Made by a program: the position numbers and the translations under genes
Origin: Podarcis filfolensis
Taxonomy: Eukaryota
Strand: one strand, 5' to 3'
Assembly (NCBI GenBank): GCA_964270895.1
Contig: OZ185439.1
Length of the DNA stretch: 64,000 nt
Shown: positions 11,735 to 23,378 of the stretch, piece by piece
Position numbering within the stretch: position 1 is the first letter of the stretch
Layout of the letters: each line of letters begins with the position of its first letter
The notes under the pieces: generated by a model
The model's database searches: none
What the model was told of the DNA's origin: nothing
The model's input: the letters and a program-made list of their open reading frames with translations, nothing else

Positions 11735-11872
11735 CAAGGGTGGCTAACCTGTGGCCCTCCAGATGTTGCTGGACTACAACTCCCATCACCCCTGACCTTT
11801 GGCCATGCTGGCTGGGGCTGATGGGAGCTGGAGTCCAATGATGTCCAAAGGGCCTCATGTTAGCTGCCCTTT
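11735..11872. mobile_element. Palindromic hAT-type MITE
   Basis: Termini CAAGGGTGGCTAAC / GTTAGCTGCCCTT and core CCCTCCAGATGTT...ACTACAACTCCCATCA. Partial TSD TTCTACAG / TTCTAAAT. Confidence 0.75.
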
Positions 11873-12519
11873 TTCTAAATCCATGGCTCCCTTATCCAGA
11901 GCTGCATCCTGGGAATTCTCCCTTCATCTACACAAAGACTTGGTATCCACTTTCCCCATAAACTTGTTCTAATTTTGCCACCCAGCCGCTCTCATTTCCC
12001 ACTCTGCTTTGACAACTGTCTTGTATAAAGTTTAATTGCCTCTCCTGAAGCCAAGCGCAAGGAGTGGCCCTTGCTATCTTTAGGGCTGCAGTGTGTCATT
12101 TACTACAAAGCCCCAGAATTGTTACCTTTTTCTTTGTAGGCTCCAGACCAAGCTGTTTTACAAGGCAATAATTTGTGGTATCAAAAAATTGCTTCTACAA
12201 ACCACATCCAGATGTCACATTCAACCAGTGAATGAAACTCTTTGCAATAATAATCCCTGTAGCTTTCACTTCTTTTTGGATGGCATCAAAAATGCTAAAT
12301 TACACTTTCTTTGTTTTCATGTATATATCAGTAGCAGTTGTGCTAAACAACAGTCATATTTTTGTGTGATCTGTTAATACTCTGAATGACTTGTGCAGTC
12401 CAAAAAAACAAAACAAAAACCCCTTACATATGTGATAGGTTTCGTCATGGCCAACTTTCAGATTATTTTGTGTTATAGTTAATGCTCTGGTAACCTCCCG
12501 TTTACACTACTGAAAAGGC

Positions 12520-13085
12520 TTATGAATGGGGCTGCCTTTTAAAACATTCTGGAAAATGCATTTGGTCCAGAATAGGGCAGCAAGATGTTTAACTGGGACT
12601 GGGTGGTTTGACCACATTAGGCGTGTGCTTTGTCAGTTGCACAGACTCCCAGACCATTTGCAGACCCCATTTAAAGTGCTGGTTTTAACCTTTAAAGGCA
12701 GTAATGGCTTGGGGATCAGGTTACCTGCAAAACTGCCTTTTCCAATATGTATCTACGCAAACCTTAAGTTCATCTTTGGAGGCCCTGCTTCAAGTGCCTC
12801 TGCCAAAAGAAGGGAAGCAGGGAATCACTAAATGTGGGGCCTTTTCTTTGGTGGCACCCCAGTTATGGAACAGCCTTCCCAGGAGGGCCCACCTGGCACC
12901 ATCCTTGGGGTTTTTTCCACGACAGGTGAAGCTTTTGCCATTCACGAGACCTTTCAAATAACTTCTGTAACCTGGGCTTCTCAGTTTTTATACTTGTGTT
13001 TTAACTTTGCTTTTGCAGTGAGTATTAATTTTTGGTTGTTGTTTTATGTACCTTTTGATTTTATGTCTTCTTTGTATTTTAATTA
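12520..13085 (+). mobile_element. Old L2 LINE 3' fragment
   Basis: GLPFKTFWKMHLVQNRAARCLTG...FKVLVLTFKGSNGLG aligns with the C-terminus of the 8498-10177 ORF; AFSLVAPQLWNSLP follows in another frame. Confidence 0.85.
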
Positions 13086-14366
13086 GGTTTTCTTTTACAT
13101 GCACACATAAACTTTTTTTGCAGATGGACCTGGCTAGACACGGATGTTCAGAGGAGGGGCACTATGCATATTACTGGGTTGCTAGCCCTCTTTGCTCATT
13201 ACTTGTGTGAAGGTGGCACCCTCACAGAACTGGAGCTGCACAATTGGCTCTGCCACCAGCATCAGGCAATGACAGCAAATCTGAAACTGGGTGGATCGAA
13301 TGAGCTTCTTGATCACAGAGTACTTTCCTACCCAGATTGGATGGCTTACTTTTCTTCTGACAGAGCTCCTAGGTTTTTTTATCTTCCCCACAACAGGCAG
13401 GCATTCAACTGGTGCAGCATGACCCATCGTGCCCCAATTTTATGTTGGGAGACACTGGAGAATGAAGCTCCTTCTTCTTCAGCAAATCTGGTTTCTTTGC
13501 CATGGACCATGCTTGAAGATCAGAAGTGATAATGGAAACTAGTTTCGCTGTGCCTTGCATCATACAGCCATGCTCTTCTTTTTCCTTAACGGTTTAGACC
13601 TAAACTCTGCCTAATCCCACTGACTTTTGATAGTTCGCATCTTTCTTGAGTTGCCACAAGCATTTACCAATTTCTGCAAAGCTTGTGCCAGATACACAGG
13701 GTTAACATTTCCACAAACAGCTGGTGCTAAGCTTATGGTTGCAAGTGCCAAATGCCTTTTGGAATCAGCCCAGGAGAAAACCAGCATTTAAGCAAAGACA
13801 ATAAAAGTGGCTAGGCAAATTTTCAAGAGAGCCTCTGTACTTGGAGTTAACCAAACTTTTATGAATGTTTTACAAAGTATGTGATATAGTAGTTGTGCTT
13901 AGCTATGTGCTGAAACCTGCCCACCAATCTTGCAAATGTTTTCTTCCCCTGCAAAAGAGGCTTCTGTTTTTCTATTTCACTCACCGTTCATCATTACATT
14001 TTCAGTGGGTGCAGGATGAGTATACATGATGGTTGCAAATTGGCCAAAGGCTGTGTCAAATTCCCACTGAACTGTTGTCAGGTGCCAAGCAGGCAGCCTC
14101 CCTGGCTTCCTGAGTTTATATAAACAGTCCGCTCAAGGACATTATGGGGTTTTCAGACAGCACAGGCACCCAGGAAGGCTGCAGTATGCAAACCGCTAGA
14201 GGGATGGTTTGCTGAATGAGAGAAGAATTTTTAGACACCTTGAAAGGAACAAAATAAAATCTCACCCATGAGAATTTCACTAATTCTTTTCTCCACTTTG
14301 ATAATTTTTACATGCAATTTCTTTCTCATTAATTGACGGAGAATAGTAAATACACACACAGAGAGT

Positions 14367-14385
14367 CACACACACACACACACAC
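14367..14385. repeat. (CA)n microsatellite
   Basis: Read directly. Confidence 0.9.
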
Positions 14386-16326
14386 GAAATGGTTAGCACA
14401 ACAAAGATTGTTCTTAGCTAAGCCTTGCCTGCAGTGACTGGAGTGCAGGTGTACCCTTAGAGGTACGGGGACTAACAGATGACAAGGCCAGAATAAAACA
14501 ACTTTTCACTTTACACACGCTCTTTATATATTTTCAAACACTTTGAGAAATTAGAAAATATTTACACATATGACCCACCACATTGGCATTTATTCTTTTT
14601 CTTTACTCTGTGGTAGTTGTTACTGCTTTCCAGATTAATCTAAATGTAAAATGCAGCCTCCGACCTCGCTCTCATAGTTTTCCACTTGGCTTTAGTGAAT
14701 TTGCATTAGGCTCAGCTTAGGGGCAGGTGTGTAGCTACCCAGAAATAAATGGAACAGTTACCTTTGGTACAGCAACAAAGAGGTGAAATGTGCAGCGTGT
14801 CCAATCCCTGAATGAAGTAAGTATTTGGGGCATTTTTTTTTAGTCCATTATATGAAGTTGAATATTTGCAGATATAAAGGGCTGCAATATGAAGTCCGGA
14901 AAGGGAGGAAAAAAGGGCTAAACTATTAAGCATATGAGCTTCCTCAACTGCACGGTAATTTTGCTTCAGATGTAAAAGGCCGATTACTTCATGACAGCTG
15001 GCTTGTAAGTGTATTAAATGGACAGAGGCAAAGAGAGTGTCCTTCAAGATGAATTTCTTGTCATCTTTTCTTGTGGAAAGAGGTTTATCCCATCCCTTCA
15101 AAATCTGTAGGGTATCCTATTTTTTTTTTAGTCTTAAAATATATATTTGGTTTTCTTTGAAGATGAATAAAAACTGGGATGCTATTATATTCAGTTCCTA
15201 CTTTGCAGCATCCAGAAATTCCTTTGCTATTAATATGCTGGAGAAACAGATTTCTTTGATTTTTTTTCCGTTTAGAAGATCAAAAGCTGTCAGAAATTGT
15301 TTCAAAAGAAAAATAAATCTTTGAGAAGTTGGATTTGAAATAATGAGTCTCCTGCATGTTGCCTATACAGTGCGCAGAACAGTTTAATGATAGTTATAAT
15401 TTTAGTGTCTTGCTACCAGCATCACTCACCTACACAAAACATTTCAACCATCTTCTTAGGCTCTCCTTACCTGTAAATATAATATCAGGAAATTGGATAG
15501 AAATTACATGGCAAGTATTATTTTAAAGTATGCATTAATAGTCGTTGTTTTTTAAATTGTATCTCAGATGCTGTTGTAAAAGCTGTGCGGAATTTTTCTT
15601 CCAAACATTGTCACAACGACTTAATTTTACTTTAGTTGGTATTATGAAAAATGTCTTTTTATTTCATCATTAACATCTGGCTGATAAGAAAAGCAGCAAG
15701 CTGAAAATGGAAATGGAAGCAATGCGTCCTTAGTGTTTTATTTCCCTCTGTGAAATGCATCTGGCCTGATCAATGCATTTAAAAATCCTGAAGTCTATTT
15801 TCTGTGAAACACGACACACCACTAATTTTAGGTGACACGTTTTGATGAATAATAACGTCAAGTAACATGGTCAGGAGAGATCAGTTCATCATAGGTCATA
15901 ACTGAAGAAAAGAAGGATAATGAATTTTGAATACTTAGCATCACACCCTGCATTTCCACGGCTTTTACAAGTTGTGTGTTTTTTAGTTTAGTTTTTTTTT
16001 TAAAAAAAATGCCAGCCACAGATAAATTGAGGTTTAGAGGTGAGTGGAGCTTAGCACTTTGGGCACTGTCCTTAAGGTGTCCCTGCACTTCAGATGTGAT
16101 CGGTCCCATCACCCATCCTATAAAGCTTTAAACATGGCACTGGCTGGATCTTGAAGAATGGATCTATCCCATTCTACATGGCTACCATTTGAATGCCATC
16201 CAAACAGAATGGGCCCAATCCTGGGAAAGCCCATGAGATCAAATGTATGTACAGCTATAACCTTACCATTACAATCTGGTGCAAACTCACTTGAGAAGCC
16301 ACCCCATGGAACTCAAGAGGGATTTA

Positions 16327-16657
16327 CATGCGGGTGGTGCTGTGGGTTAAACTGCAGAGCCTAGGACTTGCTGATCAGAAGGGGTGAGCTCCCGTTGCTC
16401 AGTCCCAGCTCCTGCCAACCTAGCAGTTCGAAAGCACGTCAAAGTGCAAGTAGATAAATAGGTACCGCTCCAGCGGGAAGGTAAACGGCGTTTCCGTGCG
16501 CTGCTCTGATTCGCCAGAAGCGGCTTAGTCATGCTGGCCACATGACCCGGAAGCTGTATGCCGGCTCCCTCGGCCAATAAAGCGTGATGAGCGCCGCAAC
16601 CCCAGAGTCAGCCACGACTGGACCTAATGATCAGGGGTCCCTTTACCCTTTACCTTT
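16327..16657 (+). mobile_element. Sauria SINE (Squam1) with a 25 bp deletion removing the B box
   Basis: Near-identical to the copies at 26765 and 55974, with an (ACCTTT)n tail. Lacks GGTCGGCGGTTCGAATCCCCGCGAC at 16380/16381. Confidence 0.93.
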
Positions 16658-17118
16658 AAGCATGCACAGGAGCAAGCTACACGTTTCATTCATTTCAGCA
16701 GGACTCACCGCCAGTCTGATGAAATGAGTCTCTGCTGAAAGGATTGCTTCGTGTATAAAAGAACAAAACAAAAAAAAAAAAGGGGAGAGCAGGAGGAGCC
16801 TTAAAGTTACCCATCAGTGCCCAAATAACAGAATGAGCAAGCACCCAAGTCACCTGGTTACAGTTTTCCTCACTATGGATCATTATCCTGATCCTAAGCT
16901 TTGTTTGCTCCAAAGGAAGTCTCACTATGTTCAGTGGTGTTGCTGCATTAGTCCTGGTCCACTTTCCTTCGTTGCATCTTGGGAAGCACACTCACCATAC
17001 TGACCACCCCAATCATCCTGTTTACATCCCAGTAACTACTGCAAAAACAGGAAATGATGTAGAATGATGTCTAGGCAAAGGGATGCATGTTTGTTATACT
17101 GCAAGTAACAGTCAAACA

Positions 17119-17170
17119 TGTGTGTGTGTCTGTCTGTCTGTCTGTCTGTGTCTATGTGTGTGCGTGTGTG
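17119..17170. repeat. (TG)n/(TCTG)n compound microsatellite
   Basis: Read directly. Confidence 0.9.
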
Positions 17171-17525
17171 CTGAATTTCTTTTCATCCCAAATTTAAAAC
17201 ATTTAGTGCTTCATAAAGCAGCTGCTATTTAACTGCCAATAATGTTTAACATGAATTTGCACACCGCTACCTATCCTCGTACTGTATAATTTATAACACT
17301 AAGCCCTTTCAATACTCCAAAATGCCAGATAAACTTTTCTCATTTGCTCTTAATTTGGTCACGCAGGATAATACCAACATCTGAAGGCTCTTTAAACTGC
17401 TTTTTTCCCTCTTTAAAAAAAACTGCATTCCTGAAAGCATCACCAATGCTACCTCTGCTCCTTGTCATCTTCCATAATTATTTCCAATCCAAAGCAGTCC
17501 TTAATGCGCTTATTAATCTGGCATT

Positions 17526-17654
17526 NNNNNNNNNNNNNNNNNNNNNNNNNNNNNNNNNNNNNNNNNNNNNNNNNNNNNNNNNNNNNNNNNNNNNNNNNNN
17601 NNNNNNNNNNNNNNNNNNNNNNNNNNNNNNNNNNNNNNNNNNNNNNNNNNNNNN
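17526..17654. other. Assembly gap (129 N)
   Basis: Run of N. Confidence 1.
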
Positions 17655-17710
17655 ATCCAAATGCCTTCAAATGCCACCCTATTTTACATTATTAGCTGCT
17701 AAGACTAAGT

Positions 17711-17750
<40 letters not shown>

Positions 17751-17795
17751 AAGAGAAAGAGAAAGAGAAAGACACACACACACACACACACACAC
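17711..17795. repeat. Compound microsatellite (TA)n(GA)n(GAGAAA)n(CA)n
   Basis: Read directly. Confidence 0.95.
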
Positions 17796-18814
17796 TCTTC
17801 TGAACTGCTAATGCTATTATTAGCTAATGGCAGAATTCTGCATAGCATTTAGATACATATACTGGGTGCACAGAGACAGAGAGGGTTTGTTAGGTTTTTT
17901 TATTTATCTGTTCCTGAACAATAATATTGCTGAACAATAATATTGTCTCTCCAGAGGTTTCCACCATTTATGCTATATTTCCACAAGTAGAGATTCCTTA
18001 GGCCTCTACTTACCTCTTCATAGTTATCCTTTTCCTAATTCTGCTTTTAAAAATGTGCCCCTTAGTCCAGGATTTGTGGGTGCATCATAAAATCACATAA
18101 TAGCTCATTTGCTAACAGCCCCATGCATAGGCCTAGGATTTTTTCTTTGTGTGGTACATGTGCACGAGACAATTTCCCTTTCCTTCTCCTGTCCCTTACA
18201 TTGTCTGTGATGCTGTTTTGGAGGATCCCTCAGCCCTGGAGAGAAGCCCTTTGGGAGTGGGGCCCTATAGTTGAGATAAGAGGGCCTGAAGACCTCCAGC
18301 ATGCACGGAGAAGCATGTTTCTTTGGATCCTGGCCACAGAAATTAAGGAGAAATGAAAAAAAAAAAAAGGTTGATGTTCTCAATTAGGTGAAGGGGGTTG
18401 CCCCCATTTGTAACTATGGCAACAGAGCAACCTATTTCTAATGGAAATGGATATACTTAACTGGCTGGCTAAGGCCATTATCTTTACAAAGCAACTGATT
18501 TGGTTGGTTTCCTCTTATAGTTTCTAGCTCACATCAACAAGATCACAGGTGTGGAAGGGAGCCACAGATATCATCCAGAATGACTCCCCAAACCTATAAC
18601 AACATGAATAGCATCATGTACAGTTTAGTCTAAAAATGACAAAGGGCAAACTCAACATTTATGGGAAGGTGGCCACTGACTTTAATGGACTTTGGATTGG
18701 AACTTTATTGAAGAACAATCTCAGATGAGTAATGGTTTCTCTTTTGAACCTACCTCATTGACTTATTCTTTGGCTAAATAAATGTAACAGGAGCTGTCAG
18801 TGAAAGGTCCACAA

Positions 18815-18985
18815 TTCAGCACATGCTTTGAAGAGACAAAAGGCCTGAGATCCAGTCCCTGGTCTCCCTCAGAAGAGCATAAAAGAGGACTCTCATCTCA
18901 AGCTTTGGAGAATCACTGCTAGCCAACCCTGAGCTTGACAGACCAGTGGTCTAACTTCAGATGAGGCCTCTTCCTATGTATATTC
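18815..18985 (+). mobile_element. Old tRNA-derived SINE (tail ...GGTCTAACTTCAGATGAGGCCTCTTCCTATG)
   Basis: Body and tail resemble the copies at 46495-46680 and 56905-57010. Confidence 0.5.
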
Positions 18986-21362
18986 AAAATGCAAATTTGA
19001 TGCTAAATATATTTGAAAATCTGCTACAGAAATGAGCAACAATAAATATTTGACGGTATGAAGAGCCGGATAGTATGGAGTTTACAAGCATAAAATTAAT
19101 CTCACCCTAATTATGCAGGACCACTGGGTGACCTTAAATCCCAATTTATAATATATATCACCATTGCAACCACCATTTATCATATGGACAAAATAATACT
19201 GAACCTATATGAACACTTAGGAAAAGTGAACACGTTGCTGCATTTGTTTTGTTGTTGTCGTCCATAGTTATGCTTATCCTCCAAGAGCTTCTATGTAAAA
19301 TGGCTCAAGTATGATTTTCAGACAAGACTGACTCCATACCTCTTAGCTAGAAATTAAGCTGTTCCACATGACATAAGCTTTTGAATTCATGACACTGTTT
19401 ACACATCCATTGCCAAAAAGCTAAACACGCACAAACTTTCAAAATGCGAAGAAAACTTGCTTCCACTTGCATGCAGTTTTCCTCCCTCCCCAAAAATCAT
19501 TTTAACTTTTGGTTATTCAAAACAATTTCTCTCTAAATTAAAAGAACAAAGTACTGCAACCAATAGACAAAAACAAAACAGCACTGGTTTTTTTGAGCCA
19601 AGGAACACCAGAGTACGACAGAACATATTTGTTGGGGCAAAGCCTCTCTGGTTTTGCTGAAGATATTGTGAGACAGTGGTGTGTGTCCATGTCATTGTGA
19701 GTTCATTGTGTCTCTCTGCCTGTGGATCACATATGATGGTTTTCATCCACACAGCCCCTGACTGGTGGCACTAGTGCTGTTTCTGCTTGCGGAGTGCAGC
19801 AGAGGCGATGGATCACTCTTGCTTACCAAGCAAGGCAGGGGGAGTGCGGAGGCAGTGGGGAGGCTGGCATGGTACAAATGCCCTGTTCCTACCCCTTTCC
19901 TGTCTGATAAGCAACCGTGACACACCTGCTGGTAAGCTAGTATAGCAGCTCCCTGCTACCTTGTAAGCTGCTTTTATTTCCAGGGACCCTCTCCTCTCTC
20001 TGTGCCTGCTGCTGGGTTGTTGTTGTTGTTGTTTTTGCACAATTTTTGTATTTGCTGGTGCAGTGCTACCCCCTCCCCTCCTTGTCCAGGCTGAGCATGC
20101 ATAGGATATTGAGCAATAATTGGAACTTAGGATGGCTCTGCCCATCTCCAGAGCTGACATTCATGTGAAGTCTTCCCTTCCCCAGAAAACCGCAAAGATA
20201 GAGGCTGTTGTTGTCTCTCGAGCAAACAAAGAAACACAAAGTGACTTACTTGGGAAGGGATTTTTCTTATACAGATGGACTGAGGCTTTGATTCCATTGA
20301 AGCATGCACATTCTCTTGAGGATTGGAACTTAAAAGCACGTAAAAAATATTAGAGAACATCATTTTTGAGCTAGCAGCAATGGTTGGGAATTGCATTTTC
20401 TTTCTTAAAAACAGCTTTATGTCTGGGCTACTCATCTCCGAATCGCACTGCTGTAGAGGAAATAGGGCAGTGTTCAATCGGAAGGATCAGCTGCTGTGCT
20501 GTTGGCTACTCTGTGGAGGGCTTTAAATCAAAATGCCACTTTGCACGTTAAGTTTAAAAGGGAAATGCACTTTCTGCTTCAATCCGGGCTGGTTTTCTAA
20601 CTTTGGATATCTGTATAAATGATAGAAAGTGAGGAGCACCCCATAAGCTGACATTTATTTAAGTAATACACCAGCAATTGTACTGAGGGTGGGGGGCATA
20701 AGTCGAAACATGATTTTTTTTTTAAATGATATTTATTGGAAAAAAGGTGTGTGTTTTTTAAAAAAATAAAAAATAAAACCATCATTCTCAGATTCCCCAC
20801 TTTCAATACCTTCTTTCTTTGACCTCCTCCTCCTCCCTTTTCTTGTATCCTGATTAATAATAATCGCAGCAAATTCTTTCCTTAATTCATAATATTCTGT
20901 CATTACATTACCTTAATTCTATTTTCATCTTATCATATAGAAACCTTAAAGTTTAAAGCTTAAATCTTATTTTTACCAACTTCTCCTAACCATAACATTC
21001 TTACCTAATTCTTTAGACATTTTTACAAGAGCCAAGTAATTTCATTTCAACATTTTTCTAACATTCATTAATTTTATAGAACAATCTTAATTATATATAT
21101 AAAAAAAGAGAAAAACAATCCAATCTTCATCCAGCATCCCTTCCTCCTGGTCCCGGGTTTTGTCAGTCCTTTTTAACCTATTAATCTAGCACATTAACCT
21201 GGTAACCTTATATCCGAGGCCCTCAAGTCTCTTCCATGTCCCTTCCGCAGCTCTTCTTCATATTTTCCTTTCATTCTCGGGAACTCCAGCTTGGTAATGT
21301 TTTGGACCCTTTTCAACAAATCAGCCCCTTTTCCATAGACCAGACTGGACTCCATATGGTAT

Positions 21363-21800
21363 TTAAAAACATGTTCCAGATTCCCTCAAAAATTGAGAGC
21401 CCCCACAGCTCCAGACATCAGACGGCCCATTGCCAGACTCGAGAAGTCCAAATCTCTCTGTAAAGGGGGGGTCTATCCAGCCCCCCATTTCCAAACCTAA
21501 CCAAACTTTATCTTTCCAAGTCTGGTTTATTCCAAGTTCATTTGTCAACTCCAAAAATTTATGTTCCTGCTGGGCCGCTGCTCCCTCCGTCTCTGGCACC
21601 CAAGATTCAGCAACATCCTCTTCTTTCAGTTGTTCTGTCATGGCACACTCCTGTTTTAGTTCCTGGGTGGGCTCCATATAATTTCCCACTACCTGTTCAA
21701 GGGTTCTGGCCGCATTAGTCATTAAATCCGTCTTCTGGCTTAACTGATCCAATAGGGCATTTATTTTACAGAAAGCACCCAACAGTGCTTCTGAAGACAT
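21363..21800 (-). CDS. Unrecognised 145 aa ORF of the L1-like element (putative ORF1-like, coiled-coil N-terminus; probably extends to 21194 across a frameshift)
   Basis: ATG-initiated ORF MSSEALLGAFCKINALLDQLSQKTDLMTNAARTLEQVV..., helical and E/K/Q-rich. The +1 frame stays open 56 more codons. Confidence 0.55.
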   Translation of the reverse strand: MSSEALLGAFCKINALLDQLSQKTDLMTNAARTLEQVVGNYMEPTQELKQECAMTEQLKEEDVAESWVPETEGAAAQQEHKFLELTNELGINQTWKDKVWLGLEMGGWIDPPFTERFGLLESGNGPSDVWSCGGSQFLRESGTCF

Positions 21801-22439
21801 TGTCCTGCAAGGTCACAAATCCTTTCCCACGGTTGTAATCTGAGACAGCTGCAAGCTCCCAGGAATTAGTTACAATTTCACAATCCCCCTCTAGGGGGAA
21901 AGCTTCTAGTTGTTCTTTCTTTTGATAACAATAGCAACAAAGTTTCTTTTTTGTGATATTTTGTCCATATTTGTTCTTTTAAAATGCGAAAGGAAACAAT
22001 GGATTCACTATGTTTCTCTTCTCTTAACTATCTGTCAGAGACATTTGTTTCTGGTCAATGAGCTTCAAACGTCAATTCTGACACCCCGCTCCAGGATCAG
22101 GACGGTGGAAAATTACTTTGCTTTAAACTCACTTCTGCAGGTTTAAACAGCCCAAAAAAGATCCCCCTTCTTCTCCTGCTGCCGAAGGGGGGTTCAGCGA
22201 TTTTAAATGATGAAAGCCAATCCTTTAAAAGTGATTTTCAAAGCTCTAGTTTACGTTGTCTTTGCTTTGTTCTGGCTACAAGGAAACAGAAGGCTGACTT
22301 CCTGTTTAGACCTTCCCGTTTCAGTACCAAATTAGGGTAAATTTTAAGTCCAAATTCCTTTCTATTTCGCCAGTTCTTAATTCAAGTCCAATTATTCAGT
22401 GTTTCAGTACTCACGGGTGGTTATTTTAGATGCCAAATT

Positions 22440-22742
22440 GTCCCAGGAAAAAGGCAGCGCTCTCCGGTAACGGCTATACGGCTCTGCTCCGCAGAAAAAG
22501 CAATTGACTCACAGCACCGCGCCACTTCCCCCTCGTTGCTTCGGAGCCTGTTAGTGGGTTCCTTTGCGGGTTGGGGGGCGCTAAGGGTGCCCGCCGAGTC
22601 CCACGGTCACAGGCTTCATCCGCCTGTGATTTCCAGAAGGGTCCCCGCTTCGCCGTAGCGGAAAAGACCCGTTTCATGCGGAGCTGGTCCCTCCAATTCA
22701 GAGGGAGTCCGCCATTACTGATGGCGCCACCCCGGAAGTCCC
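22440..22742 (-). promoter_or_regulatory. CpG-rich internal promoter of the L1-like element
   Basis: Dense CpG. ETS motif ACTTCCGG at 22739-22732; YY1-type cores at 22709-22717 and 22721-22728, within 35 nt of the 5' end. Confidence 0.6.
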
Positions 22743-22889
22743 CATAAGTCGAAGACATGATTTGCAGGTTTAAGGTTCTAGATTCAATCCATAGCATCCT
22801 GGAATGATTGGGAATGATTGGGGAACCCCTCTCTGGATCCCTGGAGAGCCACTGCAAGTTGGTGTAACTCAGTAGTGCTTACTTCTGAC

Positions 22890-23257
22890 TAAGGATCGGC
22901 AAATCTGTCAATTTCAGTTCCTTTCAGCTTCTAGTTTTTCCAGTTTCCAGTTCAGTTCTCCACATTTATGCAACAGTGTTTTATTTTTCTTTAATGTAAG
23001 CAAGTCATTGTGAAAATTCACAAGCACAATTCTCCCACAGTTCTCCCATTTTTGTATGCAGTTCTGCCTAAGACACACAATTTTGCAAAATACTTTCACC
23101 TAATATAATGCATCCTTGTATGTTATTTTCACTGATATGTGTATTTATCTTCACTCTGTGTTCTACTTCATGCATTGTGTCCTTGTTACTTGGCCAGAGA
23201 ACTATACTGCAAAATTCAGATAAGTACAAATTTCAAACAGGGTCTGGGTTCCAGTTG

Positions 23258-23293
<36 letters not shown>

Positions 23294-23378
23294 ACGCACA
23301 CACACATACATATGAAATTGTGACTGAAGTAGGTTCACCTTTAAAAGCAAACTGAATCAAATTTCTGCCCCCTCCCTC
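22890..23378. mobile_element. Old non-autonomous hAT-like element, interrupted by a TG/CA microsatellite
   Basis: Degenerate TAGGGATG-type termini (TAAGGATCGGCAAAT / ATTTCTGCCCCCTCCCT). Similar AT-rich body near 46310-46480. Confidence 0.45.
23260..23311. repeat. (TG)n followed by a (CA)-rich microsatellite
   Basis: Read directly. Confidence 0.95.

Larger units (their letters stand above)
20714..22742 (-). mobile_element. Full-length ~2.03 kb L1-related non-autonomous retroelement (HAL1-like; no ORF2)
   Basis: 5' end GGGACTTCCGGGGTGGCGCCATCAGTAATGGCGG with a CpG-rich leader. AATAAA at 20737-20732 and poly(A) at 20723-20714. TSD CATAAGTCGAA(G)ACATGA at 20697-20713 and 22743-22760. Confidence 0.8.

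Noticed and set aside
17344-17811. ORFs spanning the N runs (also 60711-61199)
   Set aside because: They are open only because of assembly gaps.
19900-19930. GATA (CTGATAAG) plus E-box (CACCTG) composite
   Set aside because: Orientation does not match the canonical TAL1-GATA arrangement, and such motifs are common by chance.
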